Origin: Setoptus koraiensis | Lineage: Eukaryota; Animalia; Arthropoda | Length of the DNA stretch: 64,000 nucleotides | Direction: 5' to 3' | Assembly (NCBI GenBank): GCA_048013815.1 | Contig: CM106585.1 | Coordinates: 5,766,001-5,830,000, forward strand | Shown here: positions 25,117 through 36,963 of the stretch, one piece after another | Numbering within the stretch: position 1 is the first letter of the stretch | How the letters are laid out: each line of letters begins with the position of its first letter | Notes under the pieces: generated by a model | The model's input: only the letters and a program-made list of their open reading frames with translations | Databases searched by the model: none | What the model was told of the DNA's origin: nothing | Translations under genes and position numbers: made by a program

Positions 25117-27627
25117 CTAGCGAAGCTTCTTTTCTTTCATCTGATCTGTTGCGACGCTGTTTGTGTCGGCTTGGCGGCTTGTTGTTGTTGTTGTTTGTCC
25201 AATATTATCCGAAATGTTAATTGGCGCGCCACCATTTTTGCTGCTAGCAATCACTCGCGATTTTCGGCCCACGCCAAGCAGGCGCAACAGTAACGCAATG
25301 AGGGGCATCTCTAGCCAGGCCGATATCACAAATGATAGCAATTGTGTCAATATTACGATCGTGACACACTCCTTCGCAAATGTCACAAACTCCATCTTGT
25401 ACGGGTCGCTCCTGGTGTTCAATAGGTAAACTATAAGCGGACAATGAATGAGCAGGCTGGTGAGGCTCGTTTTTGAGGCCGCCTGCCAGATTGGCCACGA
25501 CAGAAAATTGGCTACTATTTGTAAGCGCCCGGTGGCCATCAGCGACAGTAAAACGGTCATCATGAGACTAAATGTGTAAGCTGAAGTGCCATAGAGCAAG
25601 GCCGGAAATAGTCGCTCGGTGAACACATTGACGGGCGTCATGGGCAGCACAGTATTTGCAAACAAGGCCACCAAAAATAGACAAAAAACATATGGATAGC
25701 GATTTGTATTGATGAGCCAATGATCGTCAAATTCCGCTTGTTTGTATCTGTAAAGAACGTGGCCGGCCATGAGGCCCATCAGATAGGGCACAACTCTAAA
25801 TTGGGGCAACGTGTACACGGTGGACAATTGATCCATGCCCAGTCTGAATGCCTCATAGTTGAAATGTATCAATGGCAACACATTGTACTGGCACCAATAC
25901 ACATATGTCACATGTGCTGCGGCCACCAACAATATGTAAACAATGATAAAATTGTAGGTTGCTTTTTGATAACGGTGCATACACCAAATGATAAACGGCG
26001 TAATAAATGCAAATTGAATGTCATTGGCCAAATACCAGCCGGGCGGCAGACAATGCTGAATGGGCGATTTGTTGTTGGCCATGACAAAAAACACCGACAT
26101 CCAGCTCTCTTGTTCGCATTCACGAACGAGGCTCCCGTTAGAGGTGCCATAGTCCCACAGAGGCCCCGAGCCGGTGTATTTAAATACCGATTTGCAGAAC
26201 CATACCACCAGGGCCCACATGGGCACTATTCTGATGTAGCGTGTTGCAATGATCATTATCCACGAGCTGGGCCGCTGGCAAAGTTTTGTCACGCCGAACT
26301 TGAATAGATTGTACGAGGTCAATATGCCGGTTATGACGAAGAAAGTGTTCACCCACAAAATAGGCGTTATGTTCCAAATAAACAATAAACTGTGCCTGAG
26401 TTCGTCTAATTCAAACATATTGCTCGATCTGGCCGTGTAATACATAAAAGCGTGACCACCAACTATGTAAAACATAATGAACGTTTTAACGCCATTCACA
26501 AACGCAAAATCTACCACTCTTGAGCTATTTCCGGTTTCCAGTGTCTCTTTTTCGTCATGGCTTTTGTCATTCGAGTTGTTCGGGTGATAATGAAACATTT
26601 TGTGACAGTTGTGCTGAATGGACAATTGTCTAATTATGTCGTCATCGATATCATCGCGCAATCCTAGCAAGGTGACAACACTGGCCAACATAACCAACGA
26701 AAGCCACAGGCTGATAAAAGTCACGAAAATACTTGCTGAAATGTTGGTCAGCCACCAGTGGCGATTCTCCGAATTGTTATCTGGCAGACAATAAATTGAA
26801 TTTAGTTCAAGGTCTTGAGTGGCATTATTCAAATTTGTTTTTGCTAACTTGGATAATAGTTGCATATTTCTGCTACTGGCGCCGCTAATGCTATCGCATG
26901 CTTCCGGTACGCACAATCCCATTTCTATGTTTGACATGTGTCTCACATCGCGATCCTTAGGAAGACAATTGGCCACTAGCAATCTGTTCCAATTGGGCGC
27001 TTTCATTTTAGCCACACAATATCTCGTCTTGACAATTTCCTCTTGTTCGTTGTCGCCAATACCATTTAATTTATTATTTGCTGCTCTCTCATTGATCACA
27101 ACAAGTCTAGAATTCAAACATTGCTCATAGTTACCTTGCCAGAAAACGTTGCCGGTGAGAAGGCCCGCTGCGGGCTTGCCATGCGAGTCCATTATGTTCA
27201 TAATTGAAAAATCTGCGCTTGTGAAAATTTTAGATTGGCCATCATTAGTTGCCCGTTGCAGCATATAGTCTAATAGCTTTGCACACCTTTCTTCATTTGA
27301 CACAGTTCTATTTATGTATAGACCAATGTTGTTTTCATCCGCATCATAATGGTGCACTGAATGCACCGGCGATACTGTTATCTTGAGCAATGCCTCAAAG
27401 TTGGCCACAAAAAATTCGTCCGATCTGAATATTGAGTTATTTTCATTTTTTTCTCTATTATTGTTGTATGTGCTTCTACTGGAATTTCGCACACTTTCGA
27501 ATGGTGGGGCGCCACATTTTTCGCGACCTCTTTGCTTCGGTAACTGGGGCAGTAGAAGTGACAAGATTGATACTATTGCGATGCAATAAATCACTATGAA
27601 AATATCTATTCTGTTAGATGGATGCAT
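25117..27627 (-). CDS. nrf-6: Nose resistant to fluoxetine-6 (NRF-6)-like protein: NRF domain plus acyltransferase-3 multipass domain
   Basis: 836-aa intronless ORF. N-terminal hydrophobic leader; NRF-domain motifs (IMDSHGKPAAGLLTGNVFWQGNYEQC, RYC, GLCVPEAC); acyltransferase-3 motifs (VNGVKTFIMFYIVGGH, VNTFFVITGIL, RYIRIVP, WYLANDIQ, YTLPQFRVVPYLMGL) with about 10 TM segments. Confidence 0.9.
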   Translation of the reverse strand: MHPSNRIDIFIVIYCIAIVSILSLLLPQLPKQRGREKCGAPPFESVRNSSRSTYNNNREKNENNSIFRSDEFFVANFEALLKITVSPVHSVHHYDADENNIGLYINRTVSNEERCAKLLDYMLQRATNDGQSKIFTSADFSIMNIMDSHGKPAAGLLTGNVFWQGNYEQCLNSRLVVINERAANNKLNGIGDNEQEEIVKTRYCVAKMKAPNWNRLLVANCLPKDRDVRHMSNIEMGLCVPEACDSISGASSRNMQLLSKLAKTNLNNATQDLELNSIYCLPDNNSENRHWWLTNISASIFVTFISLWLSLVMLASVVTLLGLRDDIDDDIIRQLSIQHNCHKMFHYHPNNSNDKSHDEKETLETGNSSRVVDFAFVNGVKTFIMFYIVGGHAFMYYTARSSNMFELDELRHSLLFIWNITPILWVNTFFVITGILTSYNLFKFGVTKLCQRPSSWIMIIATRYIRIVPMWALVVWFCKSVFKYTGSGPLWDYGTSNGSLVRECEQESWMSVFFVMANNKSPIQHCLPPGWYLANDIQFAFITPFIIWCMHRYQKATYNFIIVYILLVAAAHVTYVYWCQYNVLPLIHFNYEAFRLGMDQLSTVYTLPQFRVVPYLMGLMAGHVLYRYKQAEFDDHWLINTNRYPYVFCLFLVALFANTVLPMTPVNVFTERLFPALLYGTSAYTFSLMMTVLLSLMATGRLQIVANFLSWPIWQAASKTSLTSLLIHCPLIVYLLNTRSDPYKMEFVTFAKECVTIVILTQLLSFVISAWLEMPLIALLLRLLGVGRKSRVIASSKNGGAPINISDNIGQTTTTTSRQADTNSVATDQMKEKKLR

Positions 27628-29188
27628 TGCGGCTGGAATGTATTACGATGGTGTTATTTACTATCGATGGAAAACGGGCCTGCAGGCGTCATTGAGGATC
27701 GATAGCCGATTGTGGTCATTTTCAGCATTTGAAGAATATTGTAACAGATACAGAAACGTCTCGAATCTGGCGTCATACTTATCAAAGTTGTCAACACAGC
27801 ACATTGACAATTGTTATCTGGACAAAATTGAATAAAAACAGATATCATAGCTGCGTCACAGATCCGCTAAAAAGAGACTAACAACACAATAACATGCAAT
27901 ATCTCGATTAATATAAGATAAGATGAGATCGAACAATTCAGAAATTTACCTTGTCATTGAATAAACTAAAGTTTGTAGTTAGACGATCAGTAACTATGAC
28001 GAAAGTCGGCTTGACACTAGCTGAATCACATTTGTCCGAGTGTTTCTAGGTTGTATATTCATATTGACTTGGGGTTAGACCACTTGAATACAGAGGAAAA
28101 CTCTCACTCTCTATTTATACACCTACAGTACCGCTTGGTAGTCTAAACGAAGATAAGATCGCGGTGCAACGCGTAGCTCATATTATTTCCACGATCTTAA
28201 TCTGAAACATAATAACAAATTCTGCATTTTCTGGCAATCGGAAATTGCCCGAACACTGTTCTCTGTTTCTTTGCTCACTCTAATACAAACACTCTCACTG
28301 ATCGCACGAGGAAATTGACATTGTCATGCATTTTCTTGCTGCTTTTCCTCGCTATATCCAGACATAATTAGATTTGCACTTCCTATTGTCTGGGCATGGG
28401 AGCCGCAACATATTCAGCACAAGTCACATCTATTAGTTCATCTGCTGTGCATTATCGCTGCTTCATTATTCCGACTACCCAGGTATCATACTTTGACAAT
28501 GTCAAAGAATTGAGGCCTCTAATCGAGTGAATGTACTGAAAATTGATTAAACTTAAGTCATTCTATTGATTGGAAGTGATTGGGGGGGGGGAGGGGCTTT
28601 TCTGTTTCCACGGCTCTCCGTGAGTTCTGCGGAACAGCCCAATCCACCGTCTGTCGCTCTGGCAGATTTTTCAATTCCGATCCTTATTTGTGTGTTCACG
28701 CCAGGCGACGGATTTTCGGTAGTTATGGGAAAAAAATTCGGCGATTTCGGTGGAAACAAGTGCCCCTCAAACGACTTATCTCTACTTGTTTCGCTCGAAT
28801 ACGAAGTTTCAGAGCTTTCCCTCGGCTAGAACCGAATCGGTTGATAACCGATTCTGTTGGCCCTAATCATCATCTTCAGGTGAATTCTTAGAAAAATCAA
28901 CTGGGTTCAGATTGGCTTGTTTTGCAGCACGAATAACTGAGAAACAAGAAATAACTCTAGCACACTCTAGTTTGTAACGGACAAATTGCGGGTCCCCTGA
29001 AAGCAGAGCAGACCCTGTAGCAAAGCTTAAGACATTGCTGACTTCCTGCAAATGATAATATTGTCAAGATTTTCTATGATTCAGTCCACACAACATAAAT
29101 TTTTTGTCAGGGGGCTTCTTTTATTCGAGATTCTTTTGGATCATCAGAATTCTTGCCTGAACTAAGATTTAATATTATTCCAGTCTGA

Positions 29189-29824
29189 TTATCTACTACG
29201 GATCGCTAGCATGAATCGATTGCGACCATGCATCTCCAACTTAGGATAAACAGCATAGATAACTTCCTGGAAATTCGGATAACAATTGCCCTCAATAACC
29301 CATAGATCCGAACCAGGCGGCTTCTGCAACACATAGCGACCGTGACTCGAAGGTTCAAGCTCACTATCGATATCGTCCATGCGATCAGCATTTTCGGATA
29401 TCTTCTTATCACCCTTATGGATGTAATCATCTAAACGTGATATTTCGGGCCAATCTGGGTCATCTTCCCCCTTCAGTTCTTTCATTTCCATATATGCGTC
29501 CCTTTGGCCCATTCTTATTACTCTGATTTCATTTGCCAGAGCAGAATATTGGGACCTGAGAGACTCATTAGAAAACTTTTTAACCTTTTCCTCGATTAAA
29601 ATTTCATGTTGACTAGGTAGAAGACTAAAATCATAGTCGTATTCCAGCCCACTATCTGTTGCATATTCTTTTGATATTCTGATCTGCGATGGTACGGGGT
29701 TATTAGAGGGAACATTGACCAAATCTTTTTCTACCAAATCTTTGAATTTGTAGGTCAAAGCATCGACCAATCCTTGAAAAACTATCATGCACATGGCCAG
29801 TGAAAATATCCATTGAGTAGCCAT
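29189..29824 (-). CDS. Hypothetical secreted protein (signal peptide plus acidic/charged body), no recognised domain
   Basis: 211-aa ATG-initiated intronless ORF in AT-rich DNA. N-terminus MATQWIFSLAMCMIVFQGLVDA fits a signal peptide with an A-x-A-like cleavage site. Confidence 0.7.
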   Translation of the reverse strand: MATQWIFSLAMCMIVFQGLVDALTYKFKDLVEKDLVNVPSNNPVPSQIRISKEYATDSGLEYDYDFSLLPSQHEILIEEKVKKFSNESLRSQYSALANEIRVIRMGQRDAYMEMKELKGEDDPDWPEISRLDDYIHKGDKKISENADRMDDIDSELEPSSHGRYVLQKPPGSDLWVIEGNCYPNFQEVIYAVYPKLEMHGRNRFMLAIRSR

Positions 29825-31329
29825 TATTGAGTAGCCACCGATTGATCACTTTGAAATTCACTTACATGTTAGTAATCTTGCAGAGAGCTCTTGAATTAAT
29901 CTAAATTATCGAGTTGGTATCTCTGTGACATATACTAATGACGATTCAGTAAACTGACTAGATTCAGCCATTATTTCTACTCATCTCTTCCACCATTGGA
30001 ACTATTTTTAGATGAATAGTGTTTCGCGTTACTTGCGTTGCTAGTGCATTGTTTAACACGCACTAGGCACTACAGTAAGCTATTTTTTTCCCTCGCATTT
30101 CTGTCATCACCATGTGGTCAGAAAACTTTTCCATGGTGTTTATGTGACAACATCATCATTAGGGCCAACAGAATTGGTAGTTATTTTTGCCCTGAATCCG
30201 TAGAAAAAGAAACCGAATTGGCGAAGCAAAGACCAGGTTGGTCCGGTGCATTTGGTTCGAAATTTGGACATTAGTTCTCGAACAATGTGTGCGTCACACT
30301 GCGATTTTCATTTTCTGTTCTGCAAGCATTGTAGAGTCTTAAATTGAAAAGTCAAAGACATGATCTGCTCTAAAATTGACGGGGTTCCGATAGTTTTGCA
30401 TTGCATGGTATTTTTCCTAGAGAGTCAATTGAGAAGATTGCACTGCGAAAAAGATTTGTCAAACCGAAAAAATTCAAGCGATTTAGAGTTCACTCTAAGA
30501 TGTTTGCGGCATCTGCATTCGAGGTTTTATTCGAGACATTGACAGGATCGCAAGAAAGACCTCATCTTCGAGCCTTGGTCTGATTTAGCAGTTGTCTTGA
30601 TAGATAGAAAAATGACAAAAAAAAACGATACAGAAAACCTTATGACACCTAAACCATGATTTGATATTTTTGCAGTCGTTTTTGTCGAGCTTTAACATGT
30701 TTCTCTCAGTTATTAAAGCCATTTCAATCACAAATTCACTCTCAAGATGCGAGATAGGGTAGTGTGCGGTCAACACTGGAACAACGATGTAACAAATAAA
30801 GATCGCATTGAACAACGAACTGGCAGTCTGTTCTAACGTCACATTTCCACAGGCGAAATGATGCAAACAAATCACACACAAAAAAATTGATACAACTGTC
30901 AGAACTGTTAATTTCCTTCAAAATATGGGGGGTGTTAGCTGTTTGGTGGCTAAACACATATATGATTTTCCTAATTTCTTTATACTCAGACGAACAAGGA
31001 AGTGCCAACTGACAATTTGTCTTTCATCATCCTTAGATAGGAGAAAAAGTGCACTGAATATTCTGGCCTACTCAACTCGTGCCTCGATTTTCATCGTCAA
31101 TCAACACTTTGAATTACTGTTACGCTTTTGATTCATTTTTAGGGATTTACTGTGGTGGCAACTTCGTAAGATACAAAGAGCCATATACAATGAGAAAAAG
31201 TGTTTGAAGTCAAGTAAAAATGACACAAAATGTTTAAATTCAACCGTTGGAGTATATCAAAACAAATACCATAAAGTTCATCGAGTGATTGCAAGACCTA
31301 TTTAAACAACGGACAGAATTCAGTTTATA

Positions 31330-32211
31330 ATGTCAAATTTGACTGATATCCCTAGCCCTTCGGGGCCGCAATCAAAAATTGGGTTTGCTTATTGGGCCGA
31401 TGAATATTGGTACAGTGTTGGCAATATTCAAATCAACAGGCACTATCCCTTGATGGCTGGTGGCCCAATGCCAGTTATTGTATTAGTTGGCCTTTATCTT
31501 TTAGCAATTCGCAAGATTGGACCGAAACTAATGGAAAATCGCCCGCCTTTTGATGTAGATGGGCCCATGAGAATTTATAATCTCCTAATGATCGTAGCAA
31601 ATGGTTATATATTTATGAGGGGACTCGTAATCACTCGATGGGGATTTGATTATTTTGGTTGCAGTGACTTGGACGTTTCGACACCGCACTCAGAAATGAT
31701 CCAATTAGGTTATTTTTACTTCACAACGAAAATTGTAGAACTATTAGATACGATTTTCTTCATCTTAAGGAAAAAATACAACCAGGCCTCATTTTTGCAC
31801 GTATTCCATCATAGTTTTATCATATTATGTTCATGGTTCTATTTCAAAATGGCCCCCGGTGGTAGCACTGTCTTGTTTCCGTTATTAAATGTTGGCATTC
31901 ATACCTTCATGTATAGCTATTATCTTTTAGCTAATTATCCAACATTAAGAAAGTTCCTCTGGTGGAAGAGATATCTAACTATGGCTCAGATAATCCAATT
32001 CGTCTTGTGCATCATACACTTTGGGTTTCATATTCTAATCTCTGAATGCAACTATCCAGCAGAATTAGCTGGCGGAGGATTTATATTCAGTATATTTTTT
32101 CTACTGATGTTTATCAATTTCTACAGAGAAGCTTATAAACATGATAAAAATCAATCAACCAAAAAAACCATGTATACTGCCGACAGTGATTGGCAAAAGA
32201 AACACTTGTAG
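31330..32211 (+). CDS. ELOVL: Elongation of very long chain fatty acids protein (ELOVL family)
   Basis: 293-aa intronless ORF with KIVELLDTIFFILRKK, the catalytic HxxHH box (FLHVFHH), HTFMYSYY, TMAQIIQF and a C-terminal KKxx ER-retrieval motif (KKHL). Confidence 0.97.
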   Translation: MSNLTDIPSPSGPQSKIGFAYWADEYWYSVGNIQINRHYPLMAGGPMPVIVLVGLYLLAIRKIGPKLMENRPPFDVDGPMRIYNLLMIVANGYIFMRGLVITRWGFDYFGCSDLDVSTPHSEMIQLGYFYFTTKIVELLDTIFFILRKKYNQASFLHVFHHSFIILCSWFYFKMAPGGSTVLFPLLNVGIHTFMYSYYLLANYPTLRKFLWWKRYLTMAQIIQFVLCIIHFGFHILISECNYPAELAGGGFIFSIFFLLMFINFYREAYKHDKNQSTKKTMYTADSDWQKKHL

Positions 32212-33312
32212 CTGAAGCATTTCATTCGAGTCTAGTAATTAAGAAGATATAGTGAATGAAGAATCTGTACATGATTCTTTCGGGTCTCAAAATAAACAAT
32301 CAGCTCGGCGCTGATGATTAGCAATGGATCCGTTGTATCATACTTCAATTTGTGCATTCTATCCCCATCTTCCGTCTTACGTCATAGATCTTGGAACTAT
32401 GAAAGGAGGGAACTTAGACCGGAAGGAAGAAAATCCTTGCTCCCGATTGCGGCCTCTCTTTTTGTCTCTACGAGTTTTTTTTTCGCTCGTCAACTTTTGA
32501 CTAGGATTTGGAGATTCGAGGAAATTTGAGCAGTTCGGGCGGGATTTGAAACGTTGGGAGACACTTTCAATCTGGAAACTATTAAGTTATCAATATTTCC
32601 AAGTGCGCCTGCATTTTGAAGTATCGATAACTCCCGTATGAAAAGTGTTCCACCAGATCACACGATACACTTATTACGCTTCAAGGCAGCCGCACGAGTG
32701 CATACATGACATTTGGATTATATCAAGTGTCCCACTAATAAATCTCTACTCGCTGCTATCAAAATAGGATTATACGGTGAGTTTTTGAGCCTCCAAGAGA
32801 TAACATCAAGTAGTATGTTCCGAAGTGACATGTGTCAAAGAGTGTCAAAAATCATCTATTCCATGGAGAGTGCATCTATGCTAACAAGTTGTTTCCACAC
32901 GTAGTCAATAACTCAACCTATCTGATAGAGTATAAAGTAGTTTTTAGGACTCGATTGCTGCTGAAATGATTGATAGATGTGATAGGCGAAATAACGTTTA
33001 TTTCTATGCTTTTTGTGTTTGATGTTCGGTACATTCTAGTCATAAAAATTATGATTGGTTCAAAGAGGAATAAAAACTAGCGAGAGATGAATTTCCTCCG
33101 TCCATCCATTCTTGATGTGATGCATACGAATATCATTTCGAGTGTCATTATTGGAATTAGTCTTGTGGTAGTTTAGTTCATAAGGTGAACATTGGAAAGC
33201 AATTCCGAAACAAGTAAACAATAGAGAAGAAACACAAATTTTATCCGACTATAAATCTTAACTGCTGACTAGATCCAGCAATTGCATAAAATTTGCCCCC
33301 ATTCGTAACAAA

Positions 33313-34631
33313 ATGCACAATCGTGGTGAACTCAAGAGAGATGATATCTTCACTGTTATTTCGTCTATGTTGAAAACTTTTTTGACATACCTGATTCCTA
33401 GATCAATGTATTGCAAAGATGTCTCACATGATACAGTACTTATAACTGGCGCAGGTAAAAATCTTGGTAAGGCGCTATCAGTGGAATTCGCCAAGCTGGG
33501 CTCGTCATTGGTTTTATGGGATGAGAACGAAGAAGCTCTAGAAGAGACAAAAAAACTTGTTAGTGCCGCTAGGAAGAATTCAAACAATGGCAAATTATCG
33601 GAGGATGTCTGTTTGACATATTGTGTAGATGTATCCAATTATGCAGAAGTGGTGACAGCTGCCAAACAAACAAAAATTGATTTAATGAGACAATCATGCC
33701 AACATCATTGTCAGCATGTCTCTATATTAGTGAACAATGCTAGCGTCTTATCCACCAAGACGTTCCTCGATATACATCCTAGTGCAGTAGAGAGAATTTT
33801 CCAACTGAATGTATTGGCCCATTTCTGGACGATCAAATCGTTTTTACCCGATATGATTGAACAAAAAAGGGGTCACGTCGTGGAAATAGCATCAGTGAGT
33901 GGACTTGTTAACGCAGCTAATCAGGTTTGTTATAGCGCCAGCAAGCACGCCAACGGTATGCATACATGAAAACAAACAACTTGGACAAGTTAATTTCTTT
34001 TCTTTTCCTGCTAGATCGAGCACATCTGAAAATCTCATGGATTCGTAATAACATCTCCGTTATCCCTATCTCATCGCCTTTCTCACAATTCTCATAAAGT
34101 TGGTCTAGAGTCTAGCTTGAGCTCCGAACTTTACTACCAGGGTCTGAATGAATTTATCAAGACCACATGCGTTTGCATGTCATACTTTGAGTCAGGATTG
34201 TTCACAGAATATAAACCAGTGTTAGTATCGTTTTTATTTATTAGCCAACTGATTAAATATCATTAGGTTAACTTTGCTTTTTGCTCCATCCTATATCAGC
34301 CCGTTATTGCCCCTACTCAGCCTGGAATATGTGACGCAACAAGTCATGCTGGCCATACGATGCAATGAGACACTAGCTGTTGTTCCAAAATTCTATAGCA
34401 TCTATGTTTTTTTTCTGCGGTATGTAAAATTGATGCAAAAAATTGCACATTGGTGCTCCGGCACCTACTGCTTGATATACGAAGTCCGAATTCGAACTAT
34501 AGTCGTCTAAGATATGGTTGCTTTACCTCAACTTATTCAACAGGTATCTGAATCGCGACTTCATGAATTATTTCTTGCATCAATTGATGGGCTTCGGAGA
34601 TATGACTCGTGGTATGAAGACAAATATATGA
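33313..34631 (+). CDS. Short-chain dehydrogenase/reductase, SDR16C-like (epidermal retinol dehydrogenase 2 / 17beta-HSD11/13 type), 4 exons
   Basis: Inferred exons 33313-33955, 34100-34220, about 34300-34419 and 34544-34631 (GT-AG). Motifs LITGAGKNLG, LVNNAS, NVLAHFWTIKSFLPDM, GHVVEIAS, catalytic YSASK, KTTCVC. The exon 3 acceptor is uncertain (34267 is an alternative). Confidence 0.88.
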
Positions 34632-35213
34632 AAATTAGTAGATATTAGTTGACGGCGACAAGCTTATTTTGAATTTGTTCCCACAACTATCTCATCAGAC
34701 TGCTGGCCTGTCCGTCGATTGAGAAGCTGCAATAAACATCCCTGACTCTTGGTGTGGTTTAAATCAAAATAAGAATAAGAAAAATGAATCAATCATTTCG
34801 CATTAATAAAAGCCAATAGTTTAAACTTTTTAGAATAAACCATGATAAAATGCACGATGGACGAAAAATAAAAATCCCCACACTACTGACTCTTAACCCG
34901 TTCATTTCCGCTTCAAAACTAATTTTTCCGGTCGTTCTCGGTTCGAACATGATGGCTCATGGAGATGAATTTGCGAGATTAATCAACACAGTTTTGTCAC
35001 TAGGCTCAGTAATTATCTGGTCATTGTAGAAACAATGTTTATTGAAATCATCATGAAAAATTGACGACCTGGTTATGTTTTCGAAGATCTAGATGTAGTA
35101 TTCTGCCTAAAATTCATGTAACTCGAATAAATTCACATCCAGCTTTTCGATTCTGTTGATAATAGCGTGAAAGAGAGAAGAAGCGATTTATCTAAAGCAG
35201 TCAGAACCGTACA

Positions 35214-36555
35214 TCACCTGGTTAATATAGACTGTTTAAAGCGGCAATGTTTATATAGCAAACAAATACCAATCACGCACTCTATAAGCAAGACAACAAC
35301 AACTACGGCTATGGTATAAAGCGCGTATTGCCACCATCTTATCACTGAAATTGAAGAGATTTCGAGAATTGGTGCCGTACCGTCTGTGGCAAAACCGCAG
35401 ATATTTTCCCCAAAAAACACTCTGGTAAATCCTATCTGGCCCCATTCAGCGCCCCAACTATTTGCTATAGTCCAATATGGCATTCCATATTCAGTGCCAT
35501 AGCCAACAACTATTACAGGGTGATTGGCATCTTCATATCCTCTAGGGCACTCTGACACATTCCAGCGGCCAACTCCGGAAAAAAACTTGCTCAACATATT
35601 GATGGCCGGATTAATGTTGACGATAAACGGCCCTCGCTTAACTAGCCAGATTTTCATTTTATTCTCATCTTGAGCTGGAAATTTCGTATAGCCATCGATT
35701 GCGTACTTTCTTGCTTCTTTTTTCATTTCACACCTCTTCGGACCATCTTTTTCTCCAACATATGGATAGCTTTCTTCGGATTGTAGACCGCCTGTATCGG
35801 TGAGAACGATTGCGAATGAATTCGAAACTTTCAGAACGGATGGAAATTTCGAAAAAAAGTTGAAAACAGTTATATATCGCTTACCTAGTCGAATCAGCTC
35901 ACTATAAGCTTGCCCAAGCAGCCTTTCCCGCTTGCATCCGTTATCCTTTGTGTCACAATCAATCAATTCTGTCATCCAATTAACGAGTTTTCATATTAGG
36001 AAAATGAGTCTCGATTATTTCAAGCTGAAACGAACGATCGTGGTAAGTGGAATTGAGGAACGCTCAAGACTTACGTTGAACTGACAAAGCAACCCTCTCG
36101 TGCCGATAAAATTTATACAAACTCTCGATGCTGCCTGTGATAGCGAATGACCAGCTTGCCCTGCATGATGATTCATCTCTGATCTTACTTATTCCATTAT
36201 ACTCATAGGACGTTGGCAACCTTTCTAGCAGTTCTTCCTCGGTGCAGTCTTCCTCTCTCAATATTTGTTTCCACAAAACATCGAAATCTATCCTACCCTT
36301 ACTACCAGCATCTTCTAATTTGTATGATCTATCGATGTAACCTCCAGTATCATTTTCGTTCAATAATTTGATGCTGACAGGACTTTTCTCGAAAACACTT
36401 CTGCGTCGCTCCCCATTGGAGCTATTGTAATTCCTTTGATAATGTTCCACAAAACTATTGGATCTGGCTGTTGCATCGGCCTGGGTGTTTGTACTCATCA
36501 CAAGATCAACCAAGTGATAAAACACAAACAAAAAGAGTTTCTGGTGTTGCATCAT
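35214..36555 (-). CDS. Papain-family (C1A, cathepsin F/L-like) protein, copy A: catalytic Cys replaced by Ser, C-terminal TM anchor
   Basis: Exons 36555-36075, 35968-35885, 35791-35214 (1143 nt, 381 codons). RDESSCRASW aligns to KNQGSCGSCW; QQLIDCD, GGLQSEESYPY, ANHPVIVVGYG and YWTIANSWG present; hydrophobic tail YALYTIAVVVVVLLIECVIGICLLY. Confidence 0.9.
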
Positions 36556-36963
36556 TGGTGATTGGTTCCACAAGGGGGCTATACACAGAAGAAAAATAGA
36601 ATAAATTACTACCAAAAATGATTACGCTATTCGTAAAAACTAAAATGAGTTATCAGTATTAAACTCTATTTGTGCGACATTCGTGGAAAGAAATTCATGA
36701 TGTCATGAAAAGAGAGACGAGATGTGAACTTTAGATTGAACAGCCTATCAGAAATATCTGTACCAATGCAATCATATATCAGATAAAGTATGAAAGGATC
36801 GTTACACATCGTCACATTATTTCTGTGATATTTTTTTCAGTCGATAATGAGTTGCTTCGTAGCCTGGAGATTTCATTCTAATTATCGACCGAAGTGTATC
36901 AAATGAATTTCCGCGAAGAGCCTTCGGTGATTCACACAAGAGAGACAACAACACGATTCACCA

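Noticed and set aside
30254-30261. GGTTCGAA tRNA T-loop-like motif (also at 34940)
   Set aside because: No T-stem, anticodon arm or acceptor stem.
27650-33250. Short ORFs flanking the secreted orphan and ELOVL (28566-28829, 28863-29051, 30401-30583, 30585-30881, 32713-32904)
   Set aside because: No motifs or consistent splice structure; not supportable as genes.
33266-33277. 12-nt match to the 5' end of miR-279 (tgactagatcca)
   Set aside because: No complementary arm nearby and the 3' half diverges; it lies just upstream of the SDR start.
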